Shown piece after piece: positions 51,298 to 64,000 of a DNA stretch of 64,000 nucleotides. How positions within the stretch are numbered: the stretch's first letter is position 1; the number at the start of each line of letters is the position of its first letter. Made by a program: the position numbers and the translations under genes. This stretch comes from Eledone cirrhosa (lineage: Eukaryota): positions 46,996,001 to 47,060,000 of the forward strand of contig OZ024753.1 of NCBI GenBank assembly GCA_964016885.1, written 5' to 3'. The notes under the pieces were generated by a model that searched no databases, was not told the DNA's origin, and worked only from the letters and a program-made list of their open reading frames with translations.

Positions 51298-53295
51298 TCA
51301 TAACGGTACGCGATGGGACCCACCCACAGCCCCGGCGGACAGAATGGAGAAGGCGTTTCCCCGGAGCACGGCAAGGGAGACGCGCTGGAAAAGCCACTCC
51401 AACTCGCGGGGCTCACACCTGCGGCTGGCCAGCTCAGCGCCTATGGTGGTGAGTAAGGAGGTAGCCCTGGGGCCGAGGACACCAGAAGTCTCCACTTCCA
51501 GGGGTACGACCGCAAACCTGTCGGAGAGTGAACGATATGTGAGCAGTTTGGCCCTCTCAGCCTGACGTGCAGCAGAACCTGGGCCAGTCGCAGACTGCAC
51601 CAGGTTGCGGCTGCAGAAAGTGTCGGTGCAAGTGGCATCCCAGACGAGGGGTTTGCCACCGCGGAACGGGAAGATGGTCATGCCATCTGGCCTTTTGCCG
51701 TCCCCTGGAGCTGGGAAGGGAAGCCTGCAGCGTCCAAGCCATGCTTAATGATTTCGTTGAGGGCAGCATGGCGTGGATTGCGGCTGGCACTGTGGCGACA
51801 GGAAAGCGGGTGGAGGCCGAAAGAGTCCATGGTGGAACGGCAGCGACATTGGTGTGAGGCCGAGCCTCAGAGAAACGCCGATGCGCAAGCTATGGTTGTC
51901 TAGCTGCGTGCGAGTGGAGAAGGAGGGCAGGGCATGGAGCCAGGCCCCACTGTGGGGTTTGGAGGCCGCACGAAAACAAACAAGGCGGTGCTGGTCGAGC
52001 TGGCACGTGAGCCTGTCTGAGGCCAGGCTGCACTGGATGGCATCCCAAGTGTGTTGGGGGGGGACTTGACGTCAACAGGGGGAGAAGGAGGAGGAACGTC
52101 TACTGGGCTAAGTCCCAGCCGGTGCCACGTCTCACAGGCGGCCACGCGTTCTCTGAACACAGAGGGTTCTGTTGTGTTTTGAAGAACCCTGCTGAGGTGG
52201 ACGTGGTACGAGGTTACCGACGAAAGATACGCCGGCAAAGCTAGTGAGATCGGGGACTGGAGGCGAAGGTCGCCATACCTGATAGGTAAAGTTGCATATC
52301 TCATCGGCTGCTGCTCGGATACAAGTCTGGGTGTAGCACAGAGTGTATAGAGGAGCTTCGGCATGGCGTAGCAGTTCCTCAGCAGAAAGAGAACTGGGTG
52401 GCCATCAATCAAGCCCAGTCGGCTCGTGAGAGTCTGAACTTGATGGTGGAGCGGATGGCCGGCGGGTGGATCGGTGAGGGCATCCTCTTTGGGGGTCACC
52501 TGAACCTGGCGGAGAATGGACCGCACGTCCAAGACGGAGACTGCAAAGCTTGCAGCATCGAGGCTGACATTCACCACCTCCGACTTGGCTGAGTTGACCT
52601 GGAGGTCGATTCCCGCCAGCGCAGGAACCACCGATTGAAGGTCATGGCAGACCGCCTGTACGGGCCCACCCAAAGTAGCATCATCCAGATACCAAACGTT
52701 GAGAGGGGCCGTTATACTCCGGGCGATGTGGTCAATACCAAGGGTGAACAGGAGGGGTCCCAAAGGGTTGCCCTGTTGGATCCCAGTAGCCAAGGGTATG
52801 ACCGCATCAGCAGCATGTCGCATGCTCGGGGCTCCATATGACAGCTAGGCAGAGGGGGCTCGGCTGAGGCAGGCCTCGAGCAGATGATCCCAGCGTAAAG
52901 AGTTGAAGGCATTCCTCATGTCAAACTTGACAATGAGGTGGCTGGAGTCCCTGGATGCCGGTTCCGAGTGTTACGGACTTGCAGGTTACCTTGGCAGCCA
53001 GCCTCCGGAAGACATTGCCCACAGCAATGGGGCGTATGCCACCCTCTTTCTTCCTGAGAGCGGTGAAGCTGGCTGAAAAAAAGAGGCCTCGAGCATAAGA
53101 GTCCAGGGCGCCATGGATGAGCCTATTGGTGAGCGCCACAATTGCACTCAGAAGGCGGCGCCCGGCCTCAGCGGAGAGGGGAGATATCAACTCCTTGAGG
53201 AGGCCTGGTCAGAGACCATCAACATCACCGCAGCTGCTAGCTGGGAAGGACCTGATGGCGGACATGATGTCTGCATCAGAAGCCACAAGGAGCAA
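51298..53295 (-). mobile_element. CRE-clade relic copy (complete zinc finger)
   Basis: Near-identical to 8078-10075. Confidence 0.92.
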
Positions 53296-53946
53296 GTGTG
53301 GATTACAATACAAAACCTCTGAGAATAATTTCTAAGATATTTCACCATAATTAATTTTCATCAATATATATTAATATTATTATTGTTTATTAGGTCAGGT
53401 GGATTGGCCAGAACAATTCTACTCTTCTTTTTTAGATGTCACGATTTTTCATGGCATTCCTGAGATCATTAATCTCCAGCTGGAGATCCAGAGACATCTG
53501 ATGTATGTAGGTGAACCTCAGTCATCCCACTTGGCTCTTACTATGTTTAGGTATCCACCACAGGAGCCAGCTCATCAGGTCATCCTACCCTCAGCAGCAA
53601 TGTCCAGCATCTATTGATTTCCGCTCCCTAGTTATTGTGGTAATCTTCGATATCTGGGAATATATTTCTTCTGCTTAAGGGAGTAATAAATATATAGTTT
53701 AAAAAAAAACATATATATACACACACATATATATATGTTGTCATTTATAAGAGTTCTCTATCAAAAGCCTTCTCTATGTCCAAAGCTAAGTATAGTGGCT
53801 TATTTTTCTCTAAGAACCTCTTTTGTAGTTGTCTCACTAAGAAGAGGGCATCTGTTGCACTTTTCAGCGGCACAAAACCAAACTGCATCTCATACACATA
53901 CATACATATACATACATACATACATACATATACACATACATACATA

Positions 53947-54301
53947 CATCATCATCATCATCATCATCATCATTTCGTTTTAAGTCCGCTTTTTCCCTGC
54001 TTGTAAGGGTGGGACGGGAACTGATTCTGGCTTGATTTCTACAGCTGGATGCCCTTCCTAACACCAACCTCATTTACAGTGAGTGCTGAGTGCTTTTTTG
54101 CCGTGGCACCTCCACGACCACTTTGCAGTGGAATGATATGGACCCCAGTCCCTATCATCTCATTTCTACAGCTGAGTAAACTGGAGCAATGTGAAATAAA
54201 GTGTCTTGCTCAAGGAAACAACACATCACCCGGTCTGAGAATTGAACTCACAACTTTTCGATTGCCAGGCCAATGCTCGAACCACTAAGCCATGTGCCTC
54301 C
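53947..54301 (-). mobile_element. SINE copy
   Basis: Same sequence. Confidence 0.88.
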
Positions 54302-54792
54302 ATATACATATACATATACATATACATACACATACATATACATACATATATATATACATACATACATATATACACATACATACATACACATACATACACA
54401 TATACATACATATACATACATAGATATATATATATACATAATATAAATATACATACATACACATACATAAGCATATACACATAAGTATATATACATATAC
54501 ACACGTATATATACATATACATACATACATATATACACATACATACATATATACATACATACACACATATATACATATACACATACATACATATACATAC
54601 ATATACACATACATACATATATATATATACATACACACACATATATACATACACACACATATATACAAACACATACATATACACATATATACACATACAT
54701 ACACATACATATACATACATATACACATATACACTCATATATACATATACATACATACACACACATACATACATATATACATATACATACAT

Positions 54793-55341
54793 AAAGACAA
54801 ATCCACCTCATGGACGAGAATGCAAGGGCTCCTCCTCTTTGTTTCGGCCGCGGATGGCTAACCCTAACCCCATCCCCGCTCCCCACCGCTCCCAACCTCC
54901 AAACGCAATCCAAAACTTCAGAGTTGGTACCATTAATGTAGGCACCTTATAGGGTGGCTCTAACGAGGTTGTAGAAATGCTTGAACGTAAGGAGGTCGAT
55001 GTTTGTTGTATTCAAGAGACCAGGTGGAGGGGTGGGTCTGCTAGATTCATCGTGGGTAAAGAACGATGCTATAAGCTTTTCTGTGTGGCAAATGACAATG
55101 GGCTGGGTATACACATACCACCCCACCACCCCACCGCAAAGTGGTCGTGGAGGCGCCGCGGCAAAAAAGCACCCAGCCCACACTGTAAAGCTGACGTGGA
55201 GGTGCCACGGAAAAAAAAAAGCACCCAGCACTCACTGCAAACGGGGTTGGCGTCGGGAAGGGCACCCAGCTGTAGAAACCAATCCAGAATCAGCTCCCAC
55301 CCCACCCTTGCAAGCATGGAAAAGCGGACGTATGATGAAGT

Positions 55342-55345
<4 letters not shown>
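54793..55345 (+). mobile_element. Bipartite RTE copy
   Basis: Same sequence. Confidence 0.85.
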
Positions 55346-55384
<39 letters not shown>

Positions 55385-56126
55385 TATATATATACACATA
55401 TATATATACACACATATATATCAGTGTACATATATATATACATATATATATATATATAAATGAATATTTATTCAATTTAAAGCGCCAATTATCTATATAT
55501 AACAAGATATGAATTTTTCTAGGGATGGGGGAAATTTTCAGTTTGTTTTTATATTTTCACTTCATTTTTTACTTTCTATTTAATACAGTCTTTGATCCAA
55601 TATAATCCTGACAGTATTTGAACCAGTTTACCTCATATATATGTATGCACACACAACACTCAAGTTTCGCCATCTACTGCTATTTCATTCATATTTATTG
55701 TTTAATTAACTCTGGTCTAATTCATCAACTATTGTTAATTATATTATTACGTAGATTTCTTATAAAATCTAGTGCATATATACGTGTATATATACAGGGA
55801 GACACTGTAATAGATGTAAAGAGAGTGGGAGATAGAGTTATAGAAGTAAAGAGAGGGGGAGAAATAAGCGGTAGATAGAGTAATAGATGTAAAGAGAGGG
55901 TTAGAACGTTCAACTTGACAGTCAGTACAATGTTCAGCATGGTAGCCAGTACATATGCCAACTACCCAACCGGCCAGCCAGCCGCATATGCGGTTGACTG
56001 GCCAGTTGGGCGGTTGGTATGTGGAACGTTCAACTACGCAGTCAGTACCAAAGTTCAACATTGTAGCCAGTGCATATGCCGATCGCCGCGCCCTCTTTGC
56101 TCTATTTAAATGACCTGGAACTAAGT

Positions 56127-56239
56127 AAAAAGAGTAGGAGATAACTCGACAAGAGCGGAGAGGTTGAGATTCGAACCATGTAAAGTCGTTGGCTCCTGAA
56201 GTTCGTAAGCGGGGCTGCTACTGACTGAGCAGCGCCGGC
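56127..56239 (-). ncRNA. Pol III-type unit copy
   Basis: Same sequence. Confidence 0.5.
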
Positions 56240-57234
56240 AGCAAGTCAAATCGCGCATAAAATATGGCTTATATCGACAAAAAAAAAAAAAAAATTTCAA
56301 TGTTGCACTCTTGTTTGTTGTTCTTTTATTTTACGTAAACATTTCGCTGCTCTAGCCTCTTATTTCCTATTAGATTACACTTAATTCCATTAAACATTCA
56401 TTCTTAGTCTCGTGGTAAACTATTTCATCTATATTTATATCGCTGTTACAGCCTTTTATTTCTACATCTATCACCTATAGCCACTGTTACGCCGGTAGTA
56501 TAAGTAGCTTTATAACAAGAAACGATGATATAACTCCACAAAATGTCTTCTTGAGCAAGACACTTCACTTCATATTGCTCCAGTACACCGAGTTACACAT
56601 AGACAGATACATACATACATACACAGATAGAAATGAGAGGTAGATAGAGTAAAAGATTTAAAGAGAGTGTGAGAAGTACGAGTTAGATAATGTAAAAGAT
56701 TTAAAGAGAGGGTGAGAGTGTGACACACATTTATCTGTCTATCTCTCTCTATTTTAACACCGGTCGTTATAATTAGTTTTATAACACCGCTATATTACCG
56801 ACATGAAAGAGGTAAATAATTATTTCTTAAATGTTTAGAACATGTTTCTCTTGTCTTCTTAAATGTATAGAACATGTTTCTTATTTATATTCTTAACATA
56901 GCTAGGACCTTATCTCATTTACTGGTCTCTACTTTTAGGACTTTGCTGGTCCCATGTGCCCTCCATGAAGACACACTCGCCCCTTCTCTCTCAGTCTCCG
57001 TACTAATTACTACACATACGTATATATATTTATTTTAAGAAACCTTAATGACAAATAATATAAAGTGTTTGTAAAGTGGGGAAGAGTAGTTTTACGGTGG
57101 GGTTGTTATATAGATATCGTTTTTGCAGTGGGGTCGTGACTGGCGTATAATAATGAGTCACTGTTGATGTATATACAAATCATGTTTTGGATATAAGTGA
57201 AGTTATTTAAGAGATTTAGTTGTTTTGTATACAT

Positions 57235-59206
57235 TCATAACGGTACGCGATGGGACCCACCCACAGCCCCGGCGGACAGAATGGAGAAGGCGTTTCCCCG
57301 GAGCACGGCAAGGGAGACGCGCTGGAAAAGCCACTCCAACTCGCGGGGCTCACACCTGCGGCTGGCCAGCTCAGCGCCTATGGTGGTGAGTAAGGAGGTA
57401 GCCCTGGGGCCGAGGACACCAGAAGTCTCCACTTCCAGGGGTACGACCGCAAACCTGTCGGAGAGTGAACGATATGTGAGGAGTTTGGCCCCCTCAGCCT
57501 GACGTGCAGCAGAACCTGGGCCAGTCGCAGACTGCACCAGGTTGCGGCTGCAGAAAGTGTCGGTGCAAGTGGCATCCCAGACGAGGGGTTTGCCACCGCG
57601 GAACGGGAAGATGGTCATGCCATCTAGCCTTTTGCCGTCCCCTCGAGCTGGGAAGGGAAGCCTGCAGCGTCCAAGCCATGCTTAATGACTTCGTTGAGGG
57701 CAGCATGGCGTGGATTGCGGGTGGAGGCCGAAAGAGTCCATGGTGGAACGGCAGCGACATTGGTGTGAGGCCGAGCCTCAGGGAAACGCCGATGCGCAAG
57801 CTATTGTTGTCTAGCTGCGTGCGAGTGGAGAAGGAGGGCAGGGCATGGAGCCAGGCCCCACTGTGGGGTTTGGAGGCTGCACGAAAACAAACAAGGCGGT
57901 GCTGGTCGAGCTGGCACGTGAGCCTGTCTGAGGCCAGGCTGCACTGGATGGCATCCCAAGTGTGTTGGGCGGGACTTGACGTCAACAGGGGGAGAAGGAG
58001 GAGGAACGTCTACTGGGCTAAGTCCCAGCCGGTGCCACGTCTCACAGGCGGCCAGGCGTTCTCTGAACACAGAGGGTTCTGTTGTGTTTTGAAGAACCCT
58101 GCTGAAGAGGACGTGGTACGAGGTTACCGACGAAAGATATGCCGGCAAAGCTAGTGAGATCGGGGACTGGAGGCGAAGGCCGCCATACCTGACAGGTAAA
58201 GTTGCATATCTCATCGGCTGCTGCTCGGATACAAGTTTAGGTGTAGCACAGAGTGTATAGAGGAGCTTCGGCATGGCGTAGCAGTTCCTCAGCAGAAAGA
58301 GAACTGGGTGGCCATCAATCAAGCCCAGTCGGCTCGTGAGAGTCTGGACTTGATGGAGGAGCGGATGGCCGGCGGGTGGATCGGTGAGGGCATCCTCTTT
58401 GGGGGGTCACCTGAACCTGGCGGAGAATGGACCGCACGTCCAAGACGGAGACTGCAAAGCTTGCAGCATCGAGGCTGACATTCACCACCTCCGACTTGGC
58501 TGAGTTGACCTGGAGGTCGATTCCCGCCAGGGCAGGAACCACCGATTGAAGGTCATGGCAGACCGCCTGTACGGGCCCACCCAAAGTAGCATCATCCAGA
58601 TACCAAACGTTGAGAGGGGCCGTTATACTCCAGGCGATGTGGTCAATACCAAGGGTGAACAGGAGGGGTCCCAAAGGGTTGCCCTGTTGGATCCCAGTAG
58701 CCAAGGGTATGACCGTATCAGCAGCATGGCGCATGCTTGGGGCTCCATATGACAGGTAGGCAGAGGGGGCTCGGCTGAGGCAGGCCTCGAGCAGATGATC
58801 CCAGCGTAAAGAGTTGAAGGCATTCCTCATGTCAAACTTGACAATGAGGTGGCTGGAGGCCCTGGATGCCGGTTCCGAGTGTTACGGACTTGCAGATTAC
58901 CTTGGCAGCCAGCCTCCGGAAGACATTGCCCACAGCAATGGGGCGTATGCCATCCTCTTTCTTCCTGAGAGCGGTGAGGCTGGCCGAAAAAAAGAGGCCT
59001 CGAGCATAAGAGTCCAGGGCGCCATGGATGAGCCTATTGGTGAGCGCCACAATTGCACTCAGAAGGCGGCGCCCGGCCTCAGCGGAGAGGGGAGATATCA
59101 ACTCCTTGAGGAGGCCTGGTCAGAGACCATCAACACATCCGCAGCTGCTAGCTGGGAAGGACCTGATGGCGGACATGATGTCTGCATCAGAAGCCACAAG
59201 GAGCAA
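57235..59206 (-). mobile_element. CRE-clade relic copy
   Basis: Same motifs. Confidence 0.92.
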
Positions 59207-59857
59207 GTGTGGATTACAATACAAAACCTCTGAGAATGATTTCTAAGATATTTCACCATAATTAATTTTCATCAATATATATTAATATTATTATTGTTTA
59301 TTAGGTCAGGTGGATTGGCCAGAACAATTCTACTCTTCTTTTTTAGATGTCACGATTTTTCATGGCATTCCTGAGATCATTAATCTCCAGCTGGAGATCC
59401 AGAGACATCTGATGTATGTAGGTGAACCTCAGTCATCCCACTTGGCTCTTACTATGTTTAGGTATCCACCACAGGAGCCAGCTCATCAGGTCATCCTACC
59501 CTCAGCAGCAATGTCCAGCATCTATTGATTTCCGCTCCCTAGTTATTGTGGTAATCTTCGATATCTGGGAATATATTTCTTCTGCTTAAGGGAGTAATAA
59601 ATATATAGTTTAAAAAAAAACATATATATACACACACATATATATATGTTGTCATTTATAAGAGTTCTCTATCAAAAGCCTTCTCTATGTCCAAAGCTAA
59701 GTATAGTGGCTTATTTTTCTCTAAGAACCTCTTTTGTAGTTGTCTCACTAAGAAGAGGGCATCTGTTGCACTTTTCAGCGGCACAAAACCAAACTGCATC
59801 TCATACACATACATACATATACATACATACATACATACATATACACATACATACATA

Positions 59858-60212
59858 CATCATCATCATCATCATCATCATCATTTCGTTTTAAGTCCGC
59901 TTTTTCCCTGCTTGTAAGGGTGGGACGGGAACTGATTCTGGCTTGATTTCTAGAGCTGGATGCCCTTCCTAACACCAACCTCATTTACAGTGAGTGCTGA
60001 GTGCTTTTTTGCCGTGGCACCTCCACGACCACTTTGCAGTGGAATGATATGGACCCCAGTCCCTATCATCTCATTTCTACAGCTGAGTAAACTGGAGCAA
60101 TGTGAAATAAAGTGTCTTGCTCAAGGAAACAACACATCACCCGGTCTGAGAATTGAACTCACAACTTTTCAATTGCCAGGCCAATGCTCGAACCACTAAG
60201 CCATGTGCCTCC
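59858..60212 (-). mobile_element. SINE copy
   Basis: Same sequence. Confidence 0.88.
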
Positions 60213-60721
60213 ATATACATATACATATACATATACATACACATACATATACATACATATATATATACATACATACATATATACACATACATACATACAC
60301 ATACATACACATATACATACATATACATACATAGATATATATATATACATAATATAAATATACATACATACACATACATAAGCATATACACATAAGTATA
60401 TATACATATACACACGTGTATATACATATACATACATACATATATACACATACATACATATATACATACATACACACATATATACATATACACATACATA
60501 CATATACATACATATACACATACATACATATATATATATACATACACACACATATATACATACACACACATATATACATACACACACATATATACAAACA
60601 CATACATATACACATATATACACATACATACACATACATATACATACATATACACATATACACTCATATATACATATACATACATACACACACATACATA
60701 CATATATACATATACATACAT

Positions 60722-61270
60722 AAAGACAAATCCACCTCATGGACGAGAATGCAAGGGCTCCTCCTCTTTGTTTCGGCCGCGGATGGCTAACCCTAACCCC
60801 ATCCCCGCTCCCCACCGCTCCCAACCTCCAAACGCAATCCAAAACTTCAGAGTTGGTACCATTAATGTAGGCACCTTATAGGGTGGCTCTAACGAGGTTG
60901 TAGAAATGCTTGAACGTAAGGAGGTCGATGTTTGTTGTATTCAAGAGACCAGGTGGAGGGGTGGGTCTGCTAGATTCATCGTGGGTAAAGAACGATGCTA
61001 TAAGCTTTTCTGTGTGGCAAATGACAATGGGCTGGGTATACACATACCACCCCACCATCCCACCGCAAAGTGGTCGTGGAGGCGCCGCGGCAAAAAAGCA
61101 CCCAGCCCACACTGTAAAGCTGACGTGGAGGTGCCACGGAAAAAAAAAAGCACCCAGCACTCACTGCAAACGGGGTTGGCGTCAGGAAGGGCACCCAGCT
61201 GTGGAAACCAATCCAGAATCAGCTCCCACCCCACCCTTGCAAGCATGGAAAAGCGGACGTATGATGAAGT

Positions 61271-61274
<4 letters not shown>
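60722..61274 (+). mobile_element. Bipartite RTE copy
   Basis: Same sequence. Confidence 0.85.
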
Positions 61275-61313
<39 letters not shown>

Positions 61314-62055
61314 TATATATATACACATATATATATACACACATATATATCAGTGTACATATATATATACATATATATATATATATAAATGAATATTTAT
61401 TCAATTTAAAGCGCCAATTATCTATATATAACAAGATATGAATTTTTCTAGGGATGGGGGAAATTTTCAGTTTGTTTTTATATTTTCACTTCATTTTTTA
61501 CTTTCTATTTAATACAGTCTTTGATCCAATATAATCCTGACAGTATTTGAACCAGTTTACCTCATATATATGTATGCACACACAACACTCAAGTTTCGCC
61601 ATCTACTGCTATTTCATTCATATTTATTGTTTAATTAACTCTGGTCTAATTCATCAACTATTGTTAATTATATTATTACGTAGATTTCTTATAAAATCTA
61701 GTGCATATATACGTGTATATATACAGGGAGACACTGTAATAGATGTAAAGAGAGTGGGAGATAGAGTTATAGAAGTAAAGAGAGGGGGAGAAATAAGCGG
61801 TAGATAGAGTAATAGATGTAAAGAGAGGGTTAGAACGTTCAACTTGACAGTCAGTACAATGTTCAGCATGGTAGCCAGTACATATGCCAACTACCCAACC
61901 GGCCAGCCAGCCGCATATGCGGTTGACTGGCCAGTTGGGCGGTTGGTATGTGGAACGTTCAACTACGCAGTCAGTACCAAAGTTCAACATTGTAGCCAGT
62001 GCATATGCCGATCGCCGCGCCCTCTTTGCTCTATTTTAATGACCTGGAACTAAGT

Positions 62056-62168
62056 AAAAAGAGTAGGAGATAACTCGACAAGAGCGGAGAGGGTGAGATT
62101 CGAACCATGCAAAGTCGTTGGCTCCTGAAGTTCGTAAGCGGGGCTGCTACTGACTGAGCAGCGCCGGC
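62056..62168 (-). ncRNA. Pol III-type unit copy
   Basis: Same sequence. Confidence 0.5.
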
Positions 62169-63163
62169 AGCAAGGCAAATCGCGCATAAAATAACGCTTA
62201 TATCGACAAAAAAAAAAAAAAAATTTCAATGTTGCACTCTTGTTTGTTGTTCTTTTATTTTACGTAAACATTTCGCTGCTCTAGCCTCTTATTTCCTATT
62301 AGATTACACTTAATTCCATTAAACATTCATTCTTAGTCTCGTGGTAAACTATTTCATCTATATTTATATCGCTGTTACAGCCTTTTATTTCTACATCTAT
62401 CACCTATAGCCACTGTTACGCCGGTAGTATAAGTAGCTTTATAACAAGAAACGATGATATAACTCCACAAAATGTCTTCTTGAGCAAGACACTTCACTTC
62501 ATATTGCTCCAGTACACCGAGTTACACATAGACAGATACATACATACATACACAGATAGAAATGAGAGGTAGATAGAGTAAAAGATTTAAAGAGAGTGTG
62601 AGAAGTACGAGTTAGATAGTGTAAAAGATTTAAAGAGAGGGTGAGAGTGTGACACACATTTATCTGTCTATCTCTCTCTATTTTAACACCGGTCGTTATA
62701 ATTAGTTTTATAACACCGCTATATTACCGACATGAAAGAGGTAAATAATTATTTCTTAAATGTTTAGAACATGTTTCTCTTGTCTTCTTAAATGTATAGA
62801 ACATGTTTCTTATTTATATTCTTAACATAGCTAGGACCTTATCTCATTTACTGGTCTCTACTTTTAGGGCTTTGCTGGTCCCATGTGCCCTCCATGAAGA
62901 CACACTCGCCCCTTCTCTCTCAGTCTCCGTACTAATTACTACACATACGTATATATATTTATTTTAAGAAACCTTAATGACAAATAATATAAAGTGTTTG
63001 TAAAGTGGGGAAGAGTAGTTTTACGGTGGGGTTGTTATATAGATATCGTTTTTGCAGTGGGGTCGTGACTGGCGTATAATAATGAGTCACTGTTGATGTA
63101 TATACAAATCATGTTTTGGATATAAGTGAAGTTATTTAAGAGATTTAGTTGTTTTGTATACAT

Positions 63164-64000
63164 TCATAACGGTACGCGATGGGACCCACCCACAGCCCCG
63201 GCGGACAGAATGGAGAAGGCGTTTCCCCGGAGCACGGCAAGGGAGACGCGCTGGAAAAGCCACTCCAACTCGCGGGGCTCACACCTGCGGCTGGCCAGCT
63301 CAGCGCCTATGGTGGTGAGTAAGGAGGTAGCCCTGGGGCCGAGGACACCAGAAGTCTCCACTTCCAGGGGTACGACCGCAAACCTGTCGGAGAGTGAACG
63401 ATATGTGAGGAGTTTGGCCCCCTCAGCCTGACGTGCAGCAGAACCTGGGCCAGTCGCAGACTGCACCAGGTTGCGGCTGCAGAAAGTGTCGGTGCAAGTG
63501 GCATCCCAGACGAGGGGTTTGCCACCGCGGAACGGGAAGATGGTCATGCCATCTAGCCTTTTGCCGTCCCCTCGAGCTGGGAAGGGAAGCCTGCAGCGTC
63601 CAAGCCATGCTTAATGACTTCGTTGAGGGCAGCATGGCGTGGATTGCGGGTGGAGGCCGAAAGAGTCCATGGTGGAACGGCAGCGACATTGGTGTGAGGC
63701 CGAGCCTCAGGGAAACGCCGATGCGCAAGCTATTGTTGTCTAGCTGCGTGCGAGTGGAGAAGGAGGGCAGGGCATGGAGCCAGGCCCCACTGTGGGGTTT
63801 GGAGGCTGCACGAAAACAAACAAGGCGGTGCTGGTCGAGCTGGCGCGTGAGCCTGTCTGAGGCCAGGCTGCACTGGATGGCATCCCAAGTGTGTTGGGGG
63901 GGACTTGACGTCAACAGGGGGAGAAGGAGGAGGAACGTCTACTGGGCTAAGTCCCAGCCGGTCCCACGTCTCACAGGCGGCCACGCGTTCTCTGAACACA
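63164..64000 (-). mobile_element. CRE-clade relic, 3' part (cut by the window end)
   Basis: RLE ORF at 63164-63547. Confidence 0.9.

Larger units (their letters stand above)
43519..53296. repeat. Long unit L3 (9778 bp), near-identical to L1
   Basis: Offset about 43220 from L1, with the same ORF set. Confidence 0.93.
53297..59207. repeat. Short unit S3a (5911 bp)
   Basis: Offset 21617 from S2a. Confidence 0.93.
1..64000. repeat. Higher-order tandem macrosatellite (L-Sa-Sb)n, period about 21.6 kb, extending beyond both window ends
   Basis: The anchor ORF MSLLVSATIALRR recurs at 119, 9897, 15810, 21735, 31500, 37411, 43339, 53117 and 59028. Spacings are 9778, 5913, 5925, 9765, 5911, 5928, 9778 and 5911 bp. 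Confidence 0.98.
59208..64000. repeat. Short unit S3b (cut by the window end)
   Basis: Offset 21617 from S2b. Confidence 0.93.

Overview
Eukaryotic, AT- and microsatellite-rich DNA. The (GAT)n-tailed RTE retroposons, the tRNA-derived SINE and the (TACA)n tracts suggest a cephalopod such as octopus; this is inference only. No intact protein-coding gene is present. The whole window is one tandem macrosatellite with higher-order structure: a long unit L (about 9.77 kb) and two short units Sa and Sb (about 5.91-5.93 kb) repeat as L-Sa-Sb with a period of about 21.6 kb, giving about 3 periods and 9 units. Every unit carries the same 5'-truncated, frameshifted CRE-clade non-LTR retrotransposon (RT, CCHC finger, restriction-like endonuclease), an old RTE/RTEX C-terminal relic, a tRNA-derived Pol III-type unit with a T5 terminator, and a 72-nt hairpin. 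S units add a tRNA-head SINE with an RTE tail and an internally deleted (bipartite) RTE whose 5' end resembles a decayed HDV-like ribozyme. In L units, 1.1 kb of that region is replaced by a 5-kb block containing a minisatellite, a 5'-truncated RTE LINE with an internal PHD-like finger, and a 640-bp fold-back of tRNA-like heads. Diagnostic variants indicate two HOR haplotypes and conversion-like mosaicism. Most ORFs in the supplied track are microsatellite or antisense artefacts.
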